From positions 77,558 to 141,557 of the forward strand of contig CASEPN010000003.1 of NCBI GenBank assembly GCA_949289845.1: a DNA stretch of 64,000 bases. The letters are read 5' to 3'. Under the pieces are notes generated by a model, which worked only from the letters and a program-made list of their open reading frames with translations, made no database searches and was not told the origin of the DNA. This stretch comes from an uncultured Bacillota bacterium (GTDB lineage Bacteria; Bacillota_I; Bacilli_A; RFN20; CAG-826). Positions 1 to 9,815 of the stretch are shown here, piece by piece (position 1 is the stretch's first letter; each line of letters opens with the position of its first letter). The translations under genes were made by a program, and so were the position numbers.

Positions 1-1639
1 GCTCCTGATCGGGCTCGAGGGGCTCGACATCAACGGCTTCGAGACGTTCCGTCTGCTTCGGGAGAAGCACGGGGTGCAGATGGAGCTTGCGGAAACCTAT
101 GCCCTCCTTGGGATATTCGCCATCGGTAGCGAAAAGGAGCACGTCGAGCGCCTCCTTGAGGGCCTCCGTGCTATCTCGAGGGAACACTACAAGGGTGAAG
201 TCAGCTATCCCGTCCACCAGTTCATCTCCGGGAATCCCTTCATGCTGGTCAGGCCAAGAAGCGCGTTCCACGCCCCGGGCCGGGTAGTTCCTATCGAGGA
301 GCTTGACGGCGAGATCAGCAAGGAGCAGGTCATGATGTACCCGCCCGGCATCCCCATCATTTCCCCGGGGGAGGTCTGGAGCGAGGGACTCATCAGGAAG
401 GTGAAGCGCCTGATGGAGGGAGGGGTCACTCTTCTAAAGAGCTACCCGGAGGGATTCGAGATCATCGACCGCGAGTCCTGGAAAAGGTATCCGACTGTCC
501 AGCGGAAGCTTGAGGACTACCGGGAGAACCGCCTCACGATCCCTTTGCAGGACGGCTACTCCCTTCCTTTCGAGGGAGATGAGCACGAGTTCACCTTCCT
601 TCTCGTCCCGTTCCGCGCGGACACCTGGCGCGAGCATGGCCTCCCCGCGCAGGAGAACTACCTTGAGGTCGCCAAGGCCATCGCCCGTCACGAGAAGGTC
701 AAGGTGGGCATCCATCCTTCAATCCGGAGGAAAGTGGGCCCGATGTTCGAGGGCCATGAGAACATCGAGACCTTCTCGATTCGTTATAACGACGCTTGGG
801 CCAGGGACTCCCTGCCTTTGTTCGTTGCCAATGGGAAAGGCGGGGTGCGGGCCGTTGATTTCCGTTTCAACGCCTGGGGCGGGGACTACGACGGCCTTTA
901 CTCCAACTACAAGGACGACGACAGGATCTCGAGGATCCTCGCCAGGAGGATGAAGATGCTTTCCTATGAGCATCCGACCTTCGTCCTTGAGGGCGGGTCG
1001 ATTGCGGTAGACGGGGAAGGAACCCTCATCGCGACTGAGGCATGCCTCCTGTCGAAGGGCAGGAACCCGACCCTGAGGCGCGTCGAGATCGAGGAGGTCC
1101 TCCGCGAGTACCTTGGCGTGGAGAAGGTCGTGTGGGTCCCTCACGGAATATACGAGGACGAGACGGACGAGCACATCGACAACATGGTCGCCTTCGTCCG
1201 GCCCGGGGTCCTGGCGATGGCCTGGACGGAGAACAATGACGACCCCCAGTACGCCTACTGCCGTGCGACCTACGAGGCGCTTCTCGAGGCGAGGGACGCG
1301 AAGGGGAGGGCCTTCGAAATCCACAAGATCCCCGTCCCGGACCCTGCCCTGTATATCAGCGAGCGCGAGGCCCGGGGCGTCAGCGCCACGAGGACGACGA
1401 GGGACAAGAGGCTGGCTGGAAGGAGGCTCGCCGCGAGCTACGTCAACTTCTACCAAGGGAAGGACTTCGTGATCCTTCCCGCCTTCCATGTGAAGGAGGA
1501 CGAGGTCGCCCTTCAGATCGTCCAGGGCCTCTTCCCCGAGAAAGAGGTGCATCAGGTCTATTCCCGGGAGATACTCTTGGGTGGAGGCAACATCCACTGC
1601 ATCACCATGCAGCTCCCGAAGGGGAGAGGAAGGAGGTAA
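1..1639 (+). CDS. aguA: 5'-truncated ORF: Orn/Lys/Arg decarboxylase C-terminal domain fused in frame to agmatine deiminase
   Basis: Reading frame is open from the window edge (no stop in nt 2-73). The N-part has the decarboxylase C-domain motif YPPGIPIISPGE. The remainder matches agmatine deiminase, including the C-terminal GGGNIHCITMQ hallmark. Confidence 0.8.
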   Translation, partial: LLIGLEGLDINGFETFRLLREKHGVQMELAETYALLGIFAIGSEKEHVERLLEGLRAISREHYKGEVSYPVHQFISGNPFMLVRPRSAFHAPGRVVPIEELDGEISKEQVMMYPPGIPIISPGEVWSEGLIRKVKRLMEGGVTLLKSYPEGFEIIDRESWKRYPTVQRKLEDYRENRLTIPLQDGYSLPFEGDEHEFTFLLVPFRADTWREHGLPAQENYLEVAKAIARHEKVKVGIHPSIRRKVGPMFEGHENIETFSIRYNDAWARDSLPLFVANGKGGVRAVDFRFNAWGGDYDGLYSNYKDDDRISRILARRMKMLSYEHPTFVLEGGSIAVDGEGTLIATEACLLSKGRNPTLRRVEIEEVLREYLGVEKVVWVPHGIYEDETDEHIDNMVAFVRPGVLAMAWTENNDDPQYAYCRATYEALLEARDAKGRAFEIHKIPVPDPALYISEREARGVSATRTTRDKRLAGRRLAASYVNFYQGKDFVILPAFHVKEDEVALQIVQGLFPEKEVHQVYSREILLGGGNIHCITMQLPKGRGRR

Positions 1640-1641
1640 GG

Positions 1642-2511
1642 ATGAGAAAGGTCCGCGTCTGCGTCGCCCAGTACAGCGTTCCCGAGGACTACGAGGAAGC
1701 GATCGCGAAGGCCGACATCTTCTGCAAGATCGCCTGGAGGCTCGACGCGAAGGTCCTCCTTCTCCCGGAGCTTTTCGAAGGGCATTACTTCTGTCAGGAT
1801 GAGGACTACAAGAACTTCGACCGCGCTGAAACCATAAAATCCTCGGAAACCCTCGATCATTTTAGGGAAATCGCCAAGCAGTACGACATCGTCATACCCG
1901 TCTCCTTCTTCGAAAGGGCGGGGAACTGCTACTACAACTCGGTGGCCACCATCGACACGAACGGTAAGATCGTCGGGCTATACCGGAAGAGTCACATACC
2001 GACCGGGGAATGCTACGAGGAGAAGTTCTACTTCACGCCAGGGAACACTGGGTTCGTCGCGCCCAAGACGGCCTATGGCCGCATCGGGACGGCCATCTGC
2101 TGGGACCAGTGGTTCCCGGAAACGGCCAGGGGACTCGCCCTAGCCGGGGCCGAGATGATGCTATTCCCCACCGCGATCGGGAGCGAGCCAGTCCTTCCCC
2201 GCGACAGCAGGGACCACTGGCGGAACGTGATGATCGGGCATGCCGCGGCGAACATGATGCCCGTCATGGCGGCCAACCGCGTGGGCACGGAGAAGGGCAA
2301 GAAAGGCGAGATGACCTTCTACGGCTCCTCCTTCATCGCGGACTGGACCGGCAAGATCGTGCAGCAGGCTGGGCGCGATGAAGAGACCGCGCTTGTGCAC
2401 GAGTTCGATCTCGACGAGATCTTCGAGGAACGGAGGAACTGGGGTGTCTTCCGCGACCGGAGGACCGACCTATACAAGGCCCTTCTTTCGAACGGCAAGG
2501 AAGAGGACTAG
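1642..2511 (+). CDS. aguB: N-carbamoylputrescine amidase (nitrilase superfamily)
   Basis: 290-aa CN-hydrolase fold; starts 3 nt after the aguA stop. Confidence 0.85.
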   Translation: MRKVRVCVAQYSVPEDYEEAIAKADIFCKIAWRLDAKVLLLPELFEGHYFCQDEDYKNFDRAETIKSSETLDHFREIAKQYDIVIPVSFFERAGNCYYNSVATIDTNGKIVGLYRKSHIPTGECYEEKFYFTPGNTGFVAPKTAYGRIGTAICWDQWFPETARGLALAGAEMMLFPTAIGSEPVLPRDSRDHWRNVMIGHAAANMMPVMAANRVGTEKGKKGEMTFYGSSFIADWTGKIVQQAGRDEETALVHEFDLDEIFEERRNWGVFRDRRTDLYKALLSNGKEED

Positions 2512-2661
2512 GGCCAGAGGATCAACAGCAGGAGGATCGCCACGGCGATTCCTCCCAATAGACCGGGAAGGACATAAAGGAGCCACTCTTTCCCGTTCTT
2601 CTTCATGAGGGGATTATCCCATCTCCCTACTGGAAGGATGGATTTTTGGTAGGATGGGCGC

Positions 2662-4563
2662 ATGAAGAAGAACATTCTCCTATTGGCCGTCGCTGCTTTC
2701 CTTCTCGCTGGGTGCGACTACGGTACGACAAGCGGGTCCTCTTCCGGCACATCCTCTAGCTATTCGCCGGTCTATGTCCCTGAGGAGGAATACCAGGTCC
2801 CCGAGGACGTCGGGGAACCTGTCGTCCTTGGCGAGCCTCTTTCCGTCTCCCTATCCGAGATGGACGTCGAGACGGAGGAAGGAGGGCGCCTTTATTTCCC
2901 GGTCCAGGTCGGCGAGGAGGAAATCCTATTCCGGGTGGAAGGAGGGACTGTCCTCGGGGATGGAGGAATCCACCTCGGCCAAGGGGGCTATCTCACGAAC
3001 GTGACGCCCATCCAGGGAATCGATGATGTTTCATGGGTCGGCGAGGCTTCCGAGGATTCCTTCCCGATGGAGAGGGTATCGGCGATGACGATCGTCGACC
3101 CGTTCCTTGGCGCTTACGTGACGAATGGCGAGAACGTCCTTCCTAAGAGCGCGGATGGCCTTTTCTTCTCGATCGGTCCTGCTATCGGAACCCTCAATAT
3201 TGAGAGTCTCTCCATCGGGACGAAGACGGACTCCTCCGTAGAGCCAAACGGGAAGGCGGGGAACCTTTCCTTCTATTCCCTGAACGACACGCACGGGGCC
3301 GTTTCCCTCAACGAGGAGAACGGAGAGCCCGGGATCGCGGTCCTCGGGAACTACCTTAGGGAAGGCGCGAAGAGCAACCCGGAAGGGACCGTCATACTTT
3401 CGGCGGGGGACATGTGGCAGGGCTCTGCCGACAGCAACCTTACCCACGGCGCCATCATGGTGGACTGGATGAACCTTGTTGGGTTCGACGCGATGAGCGT
3501 CGGGAACCATGAGTTCGACTGGGGCGTCTCCTATATCGAGCAGAACCTCGGGAAGGCGAACTTCCCCTTCCTTGGAATCAATATCCGCGACCCCCAGGGG
3601 AATACCCCTTACTGGGCCGCGCCTTCCACGATCATCCAGAGGGGCGGATGGCGCATCGGCGTGGTCGGAGCGATTGGCGACCTCGAGAGCAGCATCGCGG
3701 TGAGCTCCCTGGGCGGCTATGAGCTGGGGGACGACTTCCGTAAGCTTTCCGAGAAGGAAGCCAAGAGGCTTAAAGAAGAGGAAGACTGCGATTTCGTCGC
3801 AATTCTCATACATAACGGATCGTTTCCTGTCAGCCAGGAAGGTTCGGGCTACATCGACCTCGTCTTCGAGGGACATACCCATCGGGGATATGTGGAGGTC
3901 GACGAATACGGGATCCCTCACGCCCAGGGATGGGCGAACGGGGGCCATCTGAACAGGCTTGACTTCGTCTACGAGGAGACGACCGGGGATTTCCAATATG
4001 ACGGAAACGTCCAGTACAGCGGCTACGAAATGACCTACGGGGGCACGCCGGATAAGGACGTGGAGGAGTTGATTGAGCAGTACTCCTCCCTCATCGACCC
4101 CATCAAGAACGAGGTTCTCGATTCTTCCTTCCAGGGGATGTCGGAGTCTGAGATCGCCGTCTATAGCACGGAGGCGATGCTCCATTTCTACCAGGAGAAG
4201 TACGAAGGTCGCTACGACATCGTGGCTGCCTTCAGCAATACCGGCTGCGCCAGGACCAGCCTCGCGAGCGGCCCTCTTATCTACGGTGCTCTCTACCAGG
4301 CGCTTCCCTTCGATAACGACAACGTTCTCGTCGAGCTTTCCGGCCAGTCGCTTTCCTATCTGCTTGGAGATGGGTATCTCGCGGCCGCAAGTGAGGTCTC
4401 GCGCTGGGAGGTAGACCTCGATAAGAAGGACTACCACGCGATCGTCCTTTCCTACGTCTCCGAGAAGAGCAGTTACGCGAACCTCATGGAAGAGATCGAG
4501 CGCGACAGCCAGAACCGCCAGAGGGACATCTTCGCGGAGGCGATCCGGAGTGGGGACTACTGA
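2662..4563 (+). CDS. lipoprotein, bifunctional metallophosphatase/5'-nucleotidase family
   Basis: Signal peptide with lipobox LLAGC; calcineurin-like GNHEFDWG motif; 5'-nucleotidase-like C-domain. Confidence 0.75.
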   Translation: MKKNILLLAVAAFLLAGCDYGTTSGSSSGTSSSYSPVYVPEEEYQVPEDVGEPVVLGEPLSVSLSEMDVETEEGGRLYFPVQVGEEEILFRVEGGTVLGDGGIHLGQGGYLTNVTPIQGIDDVSWVGEASEDSFPMERVSAMTIVDPFLGAYVTNGENVLPKSADGLFFSIGPAIGTLNIESLSIGTKTDSSVEPNGKAGNLSFYSLNDTHGAVSLNEENGEPGIAVLGNYLREGAKSNPEGTVILSAGDMWQGSADSNLTHGAIMVDWMNLVGFDAMSVGNHEFDWGVSYIEQNLGKANFPFLGINIRDPQGNTPYWAAPSTIIQRGGWRIGVVGAIGDLESSIAVSSLGGYELGDDFRKLSEKEAKRLKEEEDCDFVAILIHNGSFPVSQEGSGYIDLVFEGHTHRGYVEVDEYGIPHAQGWANGGHLNRLDFVYEETTGDFQYDGNVQYSGYEMTYGGTPDKDVEELIEQYSSLIDPIKNEVLDSSFQGMSESEIAVYSTEAMLHFYQEKYEGRYDIVAAFSNTGCARTSLASGPLIYGALYQALPFDNDNVLVELSGQSLSYLLGDGYLAAASEVSRWEVDLDKKDYHAIVLSYVSEKSSYANLMEEIERDSQNRQRDIFAEAIRSGDY

Positions 4564-5410
4564 GGAGATAGCGCTCGTCATCCAGGGGGGCGGGACCAGG
4601 GCGGCCTATGCCGCCGGGGCGCTGGACGTCCTCATGAAGGAGGGCATCTCCTTTCCTCTCGTCGTCGGGACGTCCGCGGGCGCCTTGCTGGGCGTGAACT
4701 ACATCTCCGGGGACCGCGGGAGGAGCAGGGCGCTCCTGACTTATGGAATGGATGACAGGAAGCTACTTTCTCCCCTCAACCTCCTGAGGAAGGGCTCCAT
4801 CTACGATTTCCATTACCTCTTCTACGTGCTGCCCAACAGGGGGCTGCCTTTCAACTATTCCCGTTTTCGGACAAACGAGGCGGGTTTCTATGCGGTTTCT
4901 ACTTCTCTAATTACAGGCAAGGCTCATCTTGCGAAGAAAGGGGACAAGGATTTCTGGGCAGGACTGGCGGCTTCTTGCTCCCTTCCCTTTCTTTCCAAGC
5001 CCATGCCTGTCGGGGATGACGTCTGTCTCGACGGAGGAATCATCGCCTCCGTCCCTTTCCGTGAGGCCCTCTCCCTTGGGGCGAGCCGCCTGGTGTGCAT
5101 TCTCACGAGGGAAAAGGGATATCGGAAGGCTCCCGTCGGGAAGAGGAAAAGGACCCTTGCCAAGCGTTTCTACGGGGATTATCCGATTGCAGAAGATCTC
5201 CTGATGAACTCCTCGAACGTCTATAACGAGTCGATGGAAGAGCTCGACCGGCTCGAGAAGGAGGGAAGGGCCTTCCTTCTTTATCCTTCGAAGCCTCCCC
5301 GGGTCTCCGTCGCGGAACGGGACGGGAGGAAGCTCCTCCCTCTCGTTGAGCTCGGGGAGTCGGACATGTCCTCGAGGATGGAGGCGCTACGCGCCTTCCT
5401 TGCTTCATAA
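4550..5410 (+). CDS. patatin-like phospholipase
   Basis: GGGTRAAY oxyanion motif and GTSAG (GxSxG) serine motif. Confidence 0.75.
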   Translation: MGTTEEIALVIQGGGTRAAYAAGALDVLMKEGISFPLVVGTSAGALLGVNYISGDRGRSRALLTYGMDDRKLLSPLNLLRKGSIYDFHYLFYVLPNRGLPFNYSRFRTNEAGFYAVSTSLITGKAHLAKKGDKDFWAGLAASCSLPFLSKPMPVGDDVCLDGGIIASVPFREALSLGASRLVCILTREKGYRKAPVGKRKRTLAKRFYGDYPIAEDLLMNSSNVYNESMEELDRLEKEGRAFLLYPSKPPRVSVAERDGRKLLPLVELGESDMSSRMEALRAFLAS

Positions 5411-5439
5411 GCGCACCTTCATAGGTTAGGATAGCCCGC

Positions 5440-6459
5440 ATGAACAAGAACGACCGGAAGAAAGGGCGGGGCGATCGGGGCTTGGTGAACCCCGACTACA
5501 CGAAAACTTTTCCGGTCCACCACGAGACGACTCTCCTGGAGTTCCTGAAGGGGAAACTCCCACAGCAGTCGGAGAAGAACGTCAAGCGCATCATCATGAA
5601 CCATCAGGTCGCCGTGGGAGGGGTTCCCACCGATCTCTTCCGCTTCCCTCTATATCCGGAGGACGAGGTGACACTTTCCTGGTCTCCGATCCGCAAGAGG
5701 GCCCCGAGGCCAATCCCGATCCTTTTCGAAGATGATGAAATCATCGCCATCGATAAGCCGAGTGGCCTTCTTTCCGTCGCTAGCGACAGGGAGAAGGGGC
5801 GGACCGCCTACCGCATGGTGTCGGAATACGTCGAGGGGAAGAGGCGAGGCTCCCGCATCTTCGTCGTTCACCGCCTGGACGAGGACACCTCCGGGGTGCT
5901 GATCTTCGCGAAGAAGATCGAGGTCCGCGAAGCCCTCCAGAAGGACTGGCAGAAGATCGTGAGGAAGCGCGGCTACTACGCGATCGTGGAAGGGGAGGAC
6001 ATCCCGGACGAGGGCAGGCTCAAGAACTATCTTGCGCAGGATCGGACCCAGAAGGTGTTCGTCACTCGCTGGAAGGAAAAGGGGAAGCTCGCCATCACCA
6101 ACTACAAGGTCATCGCCAGGAAAGGAGGCTACTCCCTCCTGGACGTCAACATCGAAAGCGGGCGCAAGAACCAGATCCGCGTCCAGCTCGGAAACATCGG
6201 CCACTACGTAATCGGGGACGACAAGTACGGGGAGCCTTCCAACCCTCTCGGGAGGCTCGGACTCCATGCCTACGAGCTTAGCTTCCGGAATCCCCTGACC
6301 GGGAAAGAGTACGAGCTCCGCGCTCCCTTGCCCAAGGCGTTCAAGTCCATGTTCTTCAAGACCCACCAGGAGGAACGGGAGGAACAAAGGGAAAGGGAGA
6401 AGGCGAGAGCGGTCCCTAAAGAAGGGAAGCGCGCCCCCTTCAGGAGGAGAGGCAAGTGA
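5440..6459 (+). CDS. rluD: RluA-family 23S rRNA pseudouridine synthase (S4-like N-domain, basic/acidic C-tail)
   Basis: HRLDEDTSGVLIFAKK catalytic Asp motif. Confidence 0.8.
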   Translation: MNKNDRKKGRGDRGLVNPDYTKTFPVHHETTLLEFLKGKLPQQSEKNVKRIIMNHQVAVGGVPTDLFRFPLYPEDEVTLSWSPIRKRAPRPIPILFEDDEIIAIDKPSGLLSVASDREKGRTAYRMVSEYVEGKRRGSRIFVVHRLDEDTSGVLIFAKKIEVREALQKDWQKIVRKRGYYAIVEGEDIPDEGRLKNYLAQDRTQKVFVTRWKEKGKLAITNYKVIARKGGYSLLDVNIESGRKNQIRVQLGNIGHYVIGDDKYGEPSNPLGRLGLHAYELSFRNPLTGKEYELRAPLPKAFKSMFFKTHQEEREEQREREKARAVPKEGKRAPFRRRGK

Positions 6460-9400
6460 TCCGCAAGGGCGGGGAAAGCACCGCGCAGAAGAAAAAAATT
6501 TTCTTTGAATGGGGGAACTGCGTGGATTTCCTTCGTCTCAAGGCTCCCTTTCTCTTTGATAGGGGATCGCTTTTCTACTATGCGCTCCTGATCCTCGGCG
6601 TTGCCTTCCTATGGATGGCCTACGCCATCTTCGTCAACCAGTTCTCGGTCCTCTATGGCTGGGACTACAGCTCCCAGTACGTGACGATGTCCTACTCCTT
6701 CCGCGACATGTGGTGGGATTTCCTCAGGACCGGCTCGTTCCCGCTTTACTCCTTCGAGACGTTCCTCGGCACTGACAACATCGGGAGCAACTCCTACTAC
6801 GGTCTCTTCGATCCATTCCTGATTCCCCTCTTGATCTTCCCTCGCTCCTGGGCGCCTCAGATGTTCGTCCTCGCTGCGATGCTGAAGGGCGTCGTCTCCG
6901 CCCTGACCATGCGGGCTTACCTCCGCTATATGGGCGTGAAGGAGGGTTCCTCCCGGGTAGGGGGGCTCGCCTATGCCTTCTCCGGCTACTTGAACTTCAT
7001 GGTGGGCTTCCCGAGCTATCTTTCGATGGCCTTCACCCTCCCTCTCCTTCTTCTCGGGATTGAGAAAGCCCTGCGGGAGAGGAAGCCTGCCACCATCGCC
7101 ATCACCCTCATGTTCCTCGGGATGATCTCCTTCTTCTTTCTCGTCGTCTTCCTCATCTTCGGGGCGATGTACGCCGTATGGCGGTTCTTCCAGACGATGA
7201 GGAAGAGGAACCTCAAGGAGAACGTTCTAGCCCTCGTTGCCGGGGCGGGAGGCGTCCTCATCGGGGTCGCCCTTTGCGCGTGGGTCCTCCTGCCCTCCGT
7301 CCGCGAGACCTCGCTTTCCGGGAGGACGACCTCCGTCGGGGCGGCCTACCTCGCCGCAATCAAGAAGGCCTTCGCGGACATGAACGCCCCTGACCTCATC
7401 GCTCTTCTGTTCATGCCGGTCGGAGGGAACGCCGCGCGAGAGTACCAGGGCCTCATCGGGTTCTTCTATCCGACGTGCAACTACCTGTGGCTCCCTCTCG
7501 CAAAGACGACGGACAGCTATTCCTATGACTCCTGGACCGCCTCGCTCTTCTGCTACACCCCGATGCTCATCCTCTTCTTCACTTCCTTCGTCCATAACCT
7601 CAGGAAGGGGAGGTGGTCGCATCTTCTCGCCTTCTCGATCTGCTTCTATTTTCTCTTCACGAATCTCGCCTACTATCTCTTCTACGCCTTCGCGGGGGAT
7701 GGCTACGGGCGCTGGTACATTGTCCTCGTGCCGCTCATCATCCTATACGCCGCGGAGGAGCTGGACCGCCTCCCCGAGGAGAAGCCCTCCACCCTTATCG
7801 GAGGGAGCCTCGCCGCCCTTCTTGGGACGATTCTCGCGTTCGTGATCCCCTATCTCGCCCTCCAGGACAAGACGATCCCGAACTGGCTCCAGGACGGCTA
7901 CGCCCATCAGGACTACGACGTCCCGGGGATCGCCTCCTTCCGCGGCATCTCCACCCGCCTTACCTGGATCATCTACTACCAGATCGCCCTCCTGGTCATC
8001 GAGTCAGGCGTCATCTTCTACATGAAGGACAGGAAGTTCCTCTGGAAGGCGCTTTTCGCCTTCCTCGTCCTCGAGATCACCGTCTCGGGGAATCTTTCCT
8101 TCTTCTACGGGTCCATGCATTCCTACTCCTCCTGGCTAGGAGGGAGCCAGGCGCTAGAGACGGCGAACTCCCTCTTCAGCAAGGCGTACGAGGACGAGGG
8201 CGACGGCTATTTCCGCGCCTATAGCGACCTCAACCCCGACCGGAACACGAACATGGCCTACGGCTATAACGGGACGAGCCACTTCCACTCCCTCTTCAAC
8301 TACGACCTCGCCGACCTCGCCCGCTACAGTTACATCACGAACAACGAGGGGACCGGCTCCGCCTTCGGAGAGGACATCGTCACGAAGTCCTGGTCCGCCT
8401 ACTACGGGAACAAGAGGGCGGGCTTCGACATGGCCCTCGGGACGAAGTACTACCTCGTCATGGACGAGGGCTATCCCCATGGCTACGACGAGTTCCAGCC
8501 AAACGTCCCCTTCGGGAGCACGCTCATCGCCGAGCAAGACGGCTTCCGTCTCTACGAGAGCCCGTACGCCAACGAGATCGGCCTCGGCCACCGGGTGGAG
8601 CACCTCTATGCAGAAGGGATCGACGAGGAGTCCCGCACGAGGAACAAGAGCGACTTCTTCAGCGATAGCTCCGGGGTGAACGCCGCCCGGGAGATCCTCC
8701 GGAACGAACAATCTTATATCTCGGGCGCCATCCTCCAGGACGAGGACGTGGAAGCCGTCCTCGAGGAGCTGAACGCCGAAGGCGGGAGCAGGAGCATCGA
8801 GCCCGCGCCTGTTGCCAGCGCAGGGTCCGCCCTCCTCACCTCCCTATCCTCCGTGACGAAGGCGACATACATCGAGACGGTCCACGGGAACGGGGTGGAC
8901 TACGGCTACTACGCCTACGACGAAGAGGAGGGGATCGACTGGGATCCCGGCTACTTCCTCACCTACCGTGAGGAGCATGGCCCCGACCACGAGTCCCCGG
9001 ATAGCCCGATCCTCCTTGAGAGGACCCACACGACCCAGCAGCCGGTGGTCCGGGACTTCGGGAAGGTCGTCATCGAGCCTACGGGGGACAGGGAATACCT
9101 GAACGAGGATCCCGAAGGCGCCTACTTCGTCATGGACATGACCCTTAGCTCTGGCTCCGACACCCCGCGCGTCTATTTCATCGGAGACAAGGACGTCGAC
9201 GGGGACGGGGTCGAGGAACATAACGTCGTCCTTTCTTACGAATACAACATGATCAGCAACTGGGCCGGCCACTACGTCCGCTACTCCGGGGACGTGTTCG
9301 GGTTCTATGTGCCTGGAAAGGCTCGCTACGCCGTCTTCTGCTTCAAAGGAAGCGGGTACGCCACCTTCACCGAGCCGACCCTTTACGTGCAGGAGCGCTC

Positions 9401-9815
9401 CCTCTTCGAGGAGAACATTGATAGCAACATGACGGGGGAGAACGCCCTCAAGGACGTGAGCTTCAAGACCGACTGCTTCGCCTTCCGGAGCGACTACGAC
9501 GTCCCCGAGCTCGTCGTCACCGTCCTTGGCTACGACGCCGGGTGGTCCTTGTCCGGGACGAATGGGGAGGAGACCGTCTCTCCCAGCATCTATAAGCTGG
9601 ACGGAGGGCTCGTAGGCTTCGTCCTGCCTTCCGGGGAGTGGAACTGGACGCTCTGCTATCGGACGCCCGGGCTTGGCCTGGGAGTTGGGCTGGCGATGGG
9701 AGGAGTGGCTGCCCTTGGCATCTATTTCCTCGGGGCGTTCCTCTACCGCCAGAAAGAAAACGAGCGGCTCCGGAACGAGCCGCCCGCTGAGAGCACGAAC
9801 TCCGGGAAGGCCTAG
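6456..9815 (+). CDS. YfhO-family polytopic membrane protein (putative glycosyl carrier-dependent glycosyltransferase)
   Basis: 1119 aa. N-terminal multi-TM region typical of YfhO with a large C-terminal extracytoplasmic domain and a final TM helix. GTG start overlaps the rluD stop. Confidence 0.7.
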   Translation: MIRKGGESTAQKKKIFFEWGNCVDFLRLKAPFLFDRGSLFYYALLILGVAFLWMAYAIFVNQFSVLYGWDYSSQYVTMSYSFRDMWWDFLRTGSFPLYSFETFLGTDNIGSNSYYGLFDPFLIPLLIFPRSWAPQMFVLAAMLKGVVSALTMRAYLRYMGVKEGSSRVGGLAYAFSGYLNFMVGFPSYLSMAFTLPLLLLGIEKALRERKPATIAITLMFLGMISFFFLVVFLIFGAMYAVWRFFQTMRKRNLKENVLALVAGAGGVLIGVALCAWVLLPSVRETSLSGRTTSVGAAYLAAIKKAFADMNAPDLIALLFMPVGGNAAREYQGLIGFFYPTCNYLWLPLAKTTDSYSYDSWTASLFCYTPMLILFFTSFVHNLRKGRWSHLLAFSICFYFLFTNLAYYLFYAFAGDGYGRWYIVLVPLIILYAAEELDRLPEEKPSTLIGGSLAALLGTILAFVIPYLALQDKTIPNWLQDGYAHQDYDVPGIASFRGISTRLTWIIYYQIALLVIESGVIFYMKDRKFLWKALFAFLVLEITVSGNLSFFYGSMHSYSSWLGGSQALETANSLFSKAYEDEGDGYFRAYSDLNPDRNTNMAYGYNGTSHFHSLFNYDLADLARYSYITNNEGTGSAFGEDIVTKSWSAYYGNKRAGFDMALGTKYYLVMDEGYPHGYDEFQPNVPFGSTLIAEQDGFRLYESPYANEIGLGHRVEHLYAEGIDEESRTRNKSDFFSDSSGVNAAREILRNEQSYISGAILQDEDVEAVLEELNAEGGSRSIEPAPVASAGSALLTSLSSVTKATYIETVHGNGVDYGYYAYDEEEGIDWDPGYFLTYREEHGPDHESPDSPILLERTHTTQQPVVRDFGKVVIEPTGDREYLNEDPEGAYFVMDMTLSSGSDTPRVYFIGDKDVDGDGVEEHNVVLSYEYNMISNWAGHYVRYSGDVFGFYVPGKARYAVFCFKGSGYATFTEPTLYVQERSLFEENIDSNMTGENALKDVSFKTDCFAFRSDYDVPELVVTVLGYDAGWSLSGTNGEETVSPSIYKLDGGLVGFVLPSGEWNWTLCYRTPGLGLGVGLAMGGVAALGIYFLGAFLYRQKENERLRNEPPAESTNSGKA

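Noticed and set aside
719-1597. Long antisense or out-of-frame ORFs overlapping real genes (e.g. 719-1597 -, 3031-4581 -, 16049-17278 -, 36858-38006 +, 38046-39410 +, 53331-54653 -, 54701-56071 -, 58144-59208 -, 60649-61602 -)
   Set aside because: Their translations are Arg/Gly/Pro/Ala-rich with no motifs and lie opposite well-supported genes. This is typical of stop-codon-poor frames in GC-rich DNA.
4550-5410. Patatin-like phospholipase as a CBASS/defence effector
   Set aside because: No cyclase, sensor or other defence-type partner nearby. It overlaps a lipoprotein nucleotidase gene in an ordinary housekeeping context.
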